Part shown: one piece after another, positions 32,630-39,648 of the stretch | Numbering within the stretch: position 1 is the stretch's first letter | Layout of the letters: each line of letters opens with the position of its first letter | Assembly: GCF_001194135.2 (NCBI RefSeq) | Contig: NC_068990.1 | Coordinates: 41,293,415-41,333,062 of the forward strand | DNA length: 39,648 bases | Reading direction: 5' to 3' | Source of the DNA: Octopus bimaculoides | Taxonomy: Eukaryota | Translations under genes and position numbers: made by a program | Notes under the pieces: model-generated | The model's input: only the letters and a program-made list of their open reading frames with translations | Databases searched by the model: none | What the model was told of the DNA's origin: nothing

Positions 32630-33495
32630 TTACCCAAATTTCTTAACATTATTTACATTAATTAAATATAGTTTAATCTCGGAAATGCTCGAAATGTCCA
32701 CCTTCAACATTGCAACATTCCTCAGACATTTCCAGAACACTGCGGCACGCAACATGACACAAATTCCGATCTGCATCAATTTCAATAAAATCGTCCGAGA
32801 GGAACACTTTTAATTCGTCCACTGTGTGTGTCTTTTGCTTATGAACATTATTCTTTACTACTCCTCCAAAAAGAAGTCCCTTGGTGTTAAGTCGGGTGAA
32901 TGTGGTGGCCATTCGACGCTGCTAAGCCGTCCAATCCAATGCTTTTGAAGGTACAGTCACGTAGTCTCTTATTACCAAAACATAGGCGCAGGAGTGGCTG
33001 TGTCGTAAGTAGCTTGCTTACTAACCACATAGTTCCGTGTTCAGTCCCACTGCGTGGCATCTTGGGCAAGTGTCTTCTACTATAGCCTCGGACCGGCCAA
33101 AGCTTTGTAAGTGGATTTGGTAGACGGAAACTGAAAGAAACCCGTCGTATATATGTATATATATATGTGTGTGTGTGTGTGTCTGTGTTTGTCCCCCTAG
33201 CATTGCTTGACAACCGATGCTGGTGTGTTTATGTCCCCGTCACCTAGCGGTTCGGCAAAAGAGACCGATAGAATAAGTACTAGGCTTCTAAAGAATAAGT
33301 CCTGGGGTCGATTTGCTCGACTAAAGGCGGTGCTCCAGCATGGCTACAGCCAAATGACTGAAACAAGTAAAAGAGTAAAAGAGTAAAGAGTAGGTGACCC
33401 ATCTTGGAAGTACAGTTTCTTTCTTGCCATTATTCACGGTACCCGTAAAAAAAAATGTAATTTAAAAAGTGTATACCTATTTTTGACCCACCCTG
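32630..33495 (-). mobile_element. Second DD41D-like transposon, internally deleted and split by a SINE
   Basis: TIR cagggtgggtcaaaaataggtatacac ending at 33495; LYFQDG next to the SINE; EWPPHSPDLTP...VKNNVHKQKTHTVDELK...GGHFEHF. Confidence 0.8.
32982..33391 (+). mobile_element. SINE family 1, full length, nested in the transposase relic
   Basis: Complete head, core and (aaagagt)n tail. Confidence 0.96.
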
Positions 33496-33514
33496 TATGT
33501 ATTTTTAAAGACCA

Positions 33515-33750
33515 GATGTCCTTCAGGATCCACACGTTCATAAAGTCTGCTTCCCGCACTCTATCACGTATATATTCCGGCCCGATTAGACGAGCCGGCG
33601 GTCCGTCGCTAAGTTTTGACATCTTAGCGGCCTGGAGAAACAGGGAAAGAAGTCTTTTGTCCTAAAACAAAGTATCTCGCGGTTCAGGAATCGAGACCAC
33701 AATCTTACAACATAAGTGCAACACCGCTAACCACCCAGCCACGCACCTCT
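33515..33750 (-). mobile_element. SINE family 2, diverged copy
   Basis: Reverse complement gaggtgcgtggctgggtggttagcggtg...gtaagattgtggtctcgattcctgaacc aligns with 21541-21610. Confidence 0.75.
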
Positions 33751-34019
33751 ATCGACCTACTTTCCACTCCACACACACAATTAGATGTGTGTGTGTATGT
33801 GAATGTCTGTATGTGGGTGCGTGTGTGTGTATGTATGAACTGTTATCCAATTGTAAAATTTATTTCCTTGCAGCAAGATATTTTCACAAATAATTCTGAA
33901 ACATGTGTTTCTTAAACAAATAGAACAGTTTCTTTCTCTTGAGAGCTGACAATATAAACGCTTATCGATGTATTTGAGTATGTATTTCGATTTACGTCTG
34001 ATTTGTGTGCGTGCGTGTA

Positions 34020-34100
34020 TATGCATGCAAGTATGTATGTATGTATGTATGTATGTATGTATGTATGTATGTATGTATGTATGTATGTATGTATGTATGT
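34020..34100. repeat. (TATG)n microsatellite
   Basis: Direct reading. Confidence 0.95.
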
Positions 34101-34163
34101 ACATATATATTTATTTCTGTGAGTCTGTGTGTAAATATATATATATATATATANNNNNNNNNN

Positions 34164-34410
34164 AGGACATTGCAAACAAACGTAGACGAGAACACACGAG
34201 CCACATAGAGAACATTCTACTTCATCAGCTACCCACGTTTTAACACCGGCGTTTCGACGAGCTTCGGGCAGCTTGACGCAACGTTAAAACGGCTCGTCCC
34301 ATGGATCGCAGATTAAATCTGTATACGCAAATTAAATCTAGCCATGGAGGAATGTAGTGGCGGACGAAAAACAAGACAGGAAAACAAACAGAAGGCTTTA
34401 CGGCCAGACG
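34164..34410 (-). repeat. Dispersed repeat family E
   Basis: Homologous to 10720-10895. Confidence 0.7.
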
Positions 34411-34686
34411 AGAAAAAGAGGGAGTGTGTATCTGTGTATGTATAATTTTGCGCGTTTGTAAGGTCGTTCCTGTATGCGTATGTGTGTGTCTGTTATATGT
34501 GTATCAGCATCTATTATACCGCCAGTGAATAGGACACCTGCACAGGCTATATATACCCGGAATGTCAATTTAGAATTTGCTCTACAACCATAAATATTTT
34601 CAGTTTTAGTTGACGCCTTCGAAACTGTTTCAGAAGTTCATCTAGTGCAAGTTGACTAACTCATTCATACACAAATACTAAGTAAT

Positions 34687-34787
<101 letters not shown>

Positions 34788-35010
34788 ATGCGCACATGTG
34801 TGTGTCTGTGTGTGTGTTTAAGGCTCTTAATGAGAAAATGTCTAGTCATAGAATATAGAACTCAATATGTTGAGAATAGTATTTTTATATTTCATGAATA
34901 CCGTCCGAGTGGCACTAACGTTTTGAATTATTCATAGCTGAATCGTTAAGCTTGAATCTTTGCTACTGTTCATCGAGCAGACATTAACTATATGCATGTG
35001 TCTTTACATG

Positions 35011-35058
<48 letters not shown>

Positions 35059-35710
35059 CATTATGTATCTATCTATCTATCTATCTATCAATCTATATAT
35101 CTATCTCTCTATATATAATAATACAAATAATATGTGAGTATATCCATATATACGTACATGTATGTACATACCTACATCTACATGTATATATACAAGCATA
35201 TCTCGGTATGTCCAATCTTTCCACCCTGTCCTCGAATTCCTCCTGCACCAGTTTGGATCGCAGATTTTTAATCAATTTTTTTTAACGAAAGAGTTTGAAA
35301 CTTCGTATACTGGTGTAATTTCTCACGCAGAACACGGTTTACTTTGAACATTTTGACAAGATTTCGTATTTTAGAAGTTATTTCGTGTTAAAGTTGCATT
35401 TATGTAATTTAAATTAATCAACGTCGTGTATTCAGTTGAAAAAAGCTACTGCTGTATGCTGTAGTAATCGAGGAGAAACAGCTTCCGGGTCATCTCTACT
35501 GAATGTCACCACGCTGTTGCTTTTTGTTTACTGCCCGTGTTGCATATTACACGCTTTTTTTCTGTGGTTCTCACGTCGGAGTAATCAGTAAACATCGAAG
35601 AATCAAGACCAAGAAGGAAGAAATATTATTTACACATATTTATTCGCTGGCCCGACATCGTTATCTCAACCGCACCCTCACATCCTCACACATCCCCACA
35701 CCCAACCCCA

Positions 35711-35790
35711 CACACCACTACACTACACCACACACCACTACACTACACCACACACCACTACACTACACCACACACCACTACACTACATCA
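35711..35790. repeat. 20-bp minisatellite (cacaccactacactacacca) x4 in a CA-rich tract
   Basis: Direct reading; last unit has one mismatch. Confidence 0.9.
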
Positions 35791-36469
35791 CACCACACCA
35801 TACACCACCACATCACGTCACACCACCCCGCACACACTAGCACTGACCACTTCCCAGCACCCACACCATCATCCACACAGCCACACATTACAGACGCACA
35901 CATCCACACATCAAAGTGACCAGCACATATCCACACACATTCTCACATACACNNNNNNNNNNNNNNNNNNNNNNNNNNNNNNNNNNNNNNNNNNNNNNNN
36001 NNNNNNNNNNNNNNNNNNNNNNNNNNNNNNNNNNNNNNNNNNNNNNNNNNNNNNNNNNNNNNNNNNNNNNNNNNNNNNNNNNNNNNNNNNNNNNNNNNNN
36101 NNNNNNNNNNNNNNNNNNNNNNNNNNNNNNNNNNNNNNNNNNNNNNNNNNNNNNNNNNNNNNNNNNNNNNNNNNNNNNNNNNNNNNNNNNNNNNNNNNNN
36201 NNNNNNNNNNNNNNNNNNNNNNNNNNNNNNNNNNNNNNNNNNNNNNNNNNNNNNNNNNNNNNNNNNNNNNNNNNNNNNNNNNNNNNNNNNNNNNNNNNNN
36301 NNNNNNNNNNNNNNNNNNNNNNNNNNNNNNNNNNNNNNNNNNNNNNNNNNNNNNNNNNNNNNNNNTGTATGTGTGTGTATGCATGTATGTGTGCATGTAT
36401 CAATTTTTTTATTTGTCCTTATTAATCGAAAGACACCTGTTGTTCTTGTTTGTATTTGTAATCAACTAA

Positions 36470-36720
36470 CATTTTTTAATAGTTTCTCCTTTTTTTCTGT
36501 GTTGTTGCACATATTCGATTGCTCTCTTCCCAAAATTTAATGCCCTTAGTTTAGATTTTTGGGGCCTACCAATTTTGAACAGTCTCAACTTTAACACGCC
36601 GAAGCTGTAATGATGATTGGAAGTTTGACTTATGAAAGAAAGCCACAAATGTTCCGTCCTGGTTTTTCTTGTCCGTCTTTGTATCGTCTGTCTGTCTCCT
36701 ATATATTTATTGTTGTGCAT
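36470..36720 (-). mobile_element. Penelope-like GIY-YIG endonuclease fragment (separate element)
   Basis: NNKYIGDRQTIQRR...SNHHYSFGVLKL...KLRALNF...AIE resembles the PLE pattern KYIGET.RT...H..F.F..K......R...E...I. Confidence 0.5.
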
Positions 36721-37599
36721 TACGTTCTTATTCCGTTTTTTTTTGGGGGGGGGGGCTATAGATCTCTAATGTAGTTAAAAAAGATTAGAGATTTATACAA
36801 ATCAAATTTTATATATAAGAGATGGAGATGGAAATAGCACATAATTAAATTTAGAAAGAAATTAATAAAATGATTAAAAAGTTTCTTTTATGTATATAGA
36901 AAATAGAAAATATTACCGGTTTCGATGATGAAATTCTTGTGAAATATTAATAAAAAATTGAAATTTGAAGTAAAAACAGTTTGTATTTATTTTCTATTTG
37001 ACGGTTAGTACATAACCGGAGTTTTTCCGTAAAGTCTTATTTAAATATACTTTGATTGTAAATAATTTGGTATTTAGTTCAAGGTGTTAAAGAGAAAGAG
37101 AGGAGTTTAATTGCCTATGGTATAATAAAAATCTCTGCGGGTTCTTGCCCAGAGAGAGGCTTAAAAACATTTATTGAATGGGTTTTATGTCCAGTTGTGT
37201 GTATATGTATGTGCGTATTGCGCTGAATGTCCTTTGGATATGTTTGGAGTGTGACCAGCTGTAGGTTAATTGGTGTGTATGTTGTAATAAATGTCTTGTT
37301 AATAATTATTTTAAGGAATTTAGGTCTTCCTTCTTTTTGGCGTGTGTGGGTTTGAACTGCGATATTTTCTTTTGGGTGTCTCTAGTTGTGTGTATGTGTG
37401 TGTATGAATGTGTGGTTGCGATGTTTGCTTTCGAGTGTCTCCAGCTGTATGTATGTTTGTGTGTGCGTGTGCAGATGTATATATTTTGGAAAAAAGAATT
37501 GGTGGAAACTATGTATGAATTTTTTAAGTGTCCGTTCTTATTTATTGATTGGTAGTGGTTGGTTCCATATTCATTTGTGGCTAATATTTGTTAATAAAT

Positions 37600-39565
37600 A
37601 CCTTGCTTTATTTAGTCGTTGTTGTTGGTTGAAAAGAATCCGAGCACTTGTAGAGGGAGAAGATTTTGAAATTGCGTAAGTCCATTCCTGCACAGGTTGC
37701 AATGTGACTGCTTAAAGGAATTTTGCCTGTGTCTTTGTCTGGAAACTTTTGGCGATGAATCATCATTCTGTTGCGTAACAATCCGCGAGTTTGACCTATG
37801 TATTTATGTTGGCAACCATTGCACGTGATTACGTAGATCAAGTTTTCTGTGTTGCAGGTAGGAATGGATTTAACTTTGAAGATTTGGCCGTCTTTGAATT
37901 TAAATTCTGATCCCTCAATCTGGTAACGGAAAGTGCCGCAGTTTGTTCTTTCGCATTTTGTGACAATTGGGTTGGGTTTTTTTTTGTATATTTTTGCTCC
38001 AGTCGGAATGAGTCTTAGTGTTTTGGGCAGCCTTTTGCTTTTGGTGATTTTTTGTTTTTCTAAGATTTTTCTCCTTTCTTCATCTACAAATAAAATGGAG
38101 AGGTTTTTGTGGATGTGATCAAATATTTTGGTGTATCTGGGATTGAAAGTTGACACAAATGGTAAAACGTTTTTCCTTCTTTTGTTGTTTTGTTTTCTTA
38201 AGTTCATCGATATCTATTTGTTTTTGCCTTGTTTATTCTGTTGGTGATTATGCCAGGAGGGAACGCTCTTTGGATGAGTATGTCTTTCAGTTCCTCTAGT
38301 CTTTGTTCACGTTTGGATGGTTCTGATTCTATAGTACTAATTCATTTTGCCAGATTGAAGGGAATGTTAAGTTTGGTGTGTTTCAGATGACATGATGTAA
38401 AAAGAAGGTATTGTTTGGAGTCAGTGGGTTGGTAGAATATGTCCGTTTCTATTTTCCCATCTTGGTTTGTGATTAGGATATATGCAGAAAGGCGAGTTCT
38501 TTGGGGTTAAAGTTCATTGTGAATTGGATGTTATTGCTTAGGTTGTTTAACAGGCTTTCAAATTCAATTAGCTTGTCATTGTTTTCCTGCTAAAAGATAA
38601 AGTAATCATCCAGGTGTCTATTCCAATTGTTTCTGAGCTGCGTATGGAACGTTTCACCGAATATTTGAGGAGACTGGTTGTATATCGTGGAATCCCATGA
38701 CTAAGTTGGCGTATATGGGGGCTACTTTCATACCCATCGCCGTTCCTGATGTTTGGCAGTAAAGTAATTGTTTTCAAGTATGAATCTAAGCCCATCAATG
38801 ATAAATTCTTTTTATCATATTAGCGTGTCTAACCAGTGTTGGGTCGCAGATATTCCATAATCATGGGAAATGTTGGTGTATAAGTTGCCAACACCAAATG
38901 AAGTAAAAATTGTATATATATTTACAGTTTTTGGCAGATGATTAGCATGTCTAGGTCATCTCGTATGTAGCTATGTATATGTTTTAGGAGAATCTTTAAG
39001 AAGTTGCTGAGTCTACGTGTTTTACATGCCGGGTCTGCTATGACTGGTATTAATTTTAGGTCATCTGAAGGTGCTAACTGTATGTGTTTGCTTGCTGAGG
39101 ATTTACAGGCATCACTCATGATTGTGGTTCTGGTGAGGGTGCTTGTGGTTATATCTTGATGTGGCCCTCAGTGTTCCGGGTGCACCTCATCCAAAGTTCA
39201 AAGTATTGAAATTTTCGGGGCAAGATTAGTGGGGTGGATTTTAGCCATTTCTCATAGATTCTAGCTTTGTTAAAGTTTTTCACCATGTTCCAAAATGCAA
39301 ACTTTCTTATTCTTAAAAGTTTTTTTTCCAAACGTGTCTAATTATTCTTCTTCATGGTGTTACATAGTTGGTGTAAGTTGTAAAAGAGTTCTTCCGTCGT
39401 TTTCGTTCTTGGTGTCAAGTATGGGGTTATGTATCTTCTCGAGGCTTTCTGGTAGAGTAGTGAGTTTTCCATTTATGTTTTGCTATTCTTTTAAGATTTC
39501 TTCATTTACTTTTGAGTCTGAACTTTTGATATTCCGTGTCATTTTCCGGATTTGTATAGTTTATA
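37600..39565 (-). mobile_element. Penelope-like retroelement (probably Neptune clade), RT plus GIY-YIG pseudogene
   Basis: IPVIADPACKTRRLSNFL...SYIRDDLD, LYTNISHD, GTAMGMKVAPIYANLVM, HLDD (38605-16), ETDIFYQPTDSKQYL, then ORF 37608-38207 with LPFVSTFNP, CERTNCGT, NLIYVITCNGCQHKYIGQT and RMMIHR. Confidence 0.93.
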
Positions 39566-39648
39566 ATAGCTGAAAAAAAGATTATATATATATATATATA
39601 TATATACTTACATACAAGAGACAAGTTGTACGTACGCCACTATATATA

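Overview
AT-rich, gap-ridden draft animal genomic DNA (about 4.3 kb of N). The microsatellite load and the dominant tRNA-headed SINE resemble Octopus; this is inferred from recognised repeats and was not checked by search. No host gene can be called with confidence, only a few weak exon or promoter candidates. Most listed ORFs are microsatellite or N-gap artefacts. The window is a mosaic of three SINE families (about 18 copies or fragments), Tc1, mariner, DD41D (rosa/Visitor) and hAT transposon relics, Tigger-like MITEs, and at least five decayed Penelope-like retroelement (PLE) fragments. The most interesting signal is a scatter of hammerhead ribozyme (HHR) motifs. One type I HHR at 10340-10411 (+) has an intact core and three stems with no recognisable PLE ORF nearby. 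A minimal, probably dimer-dependent HHR lies at 32217-32275 (-). Decayed HHR-like cores occur at seven further loci, several where PLE pseudo-LTRs are expected. There is also an inverted triplication at 15089-16096 that could form a 209-bp hairpin. All folds, alignments and translations were done by eye.
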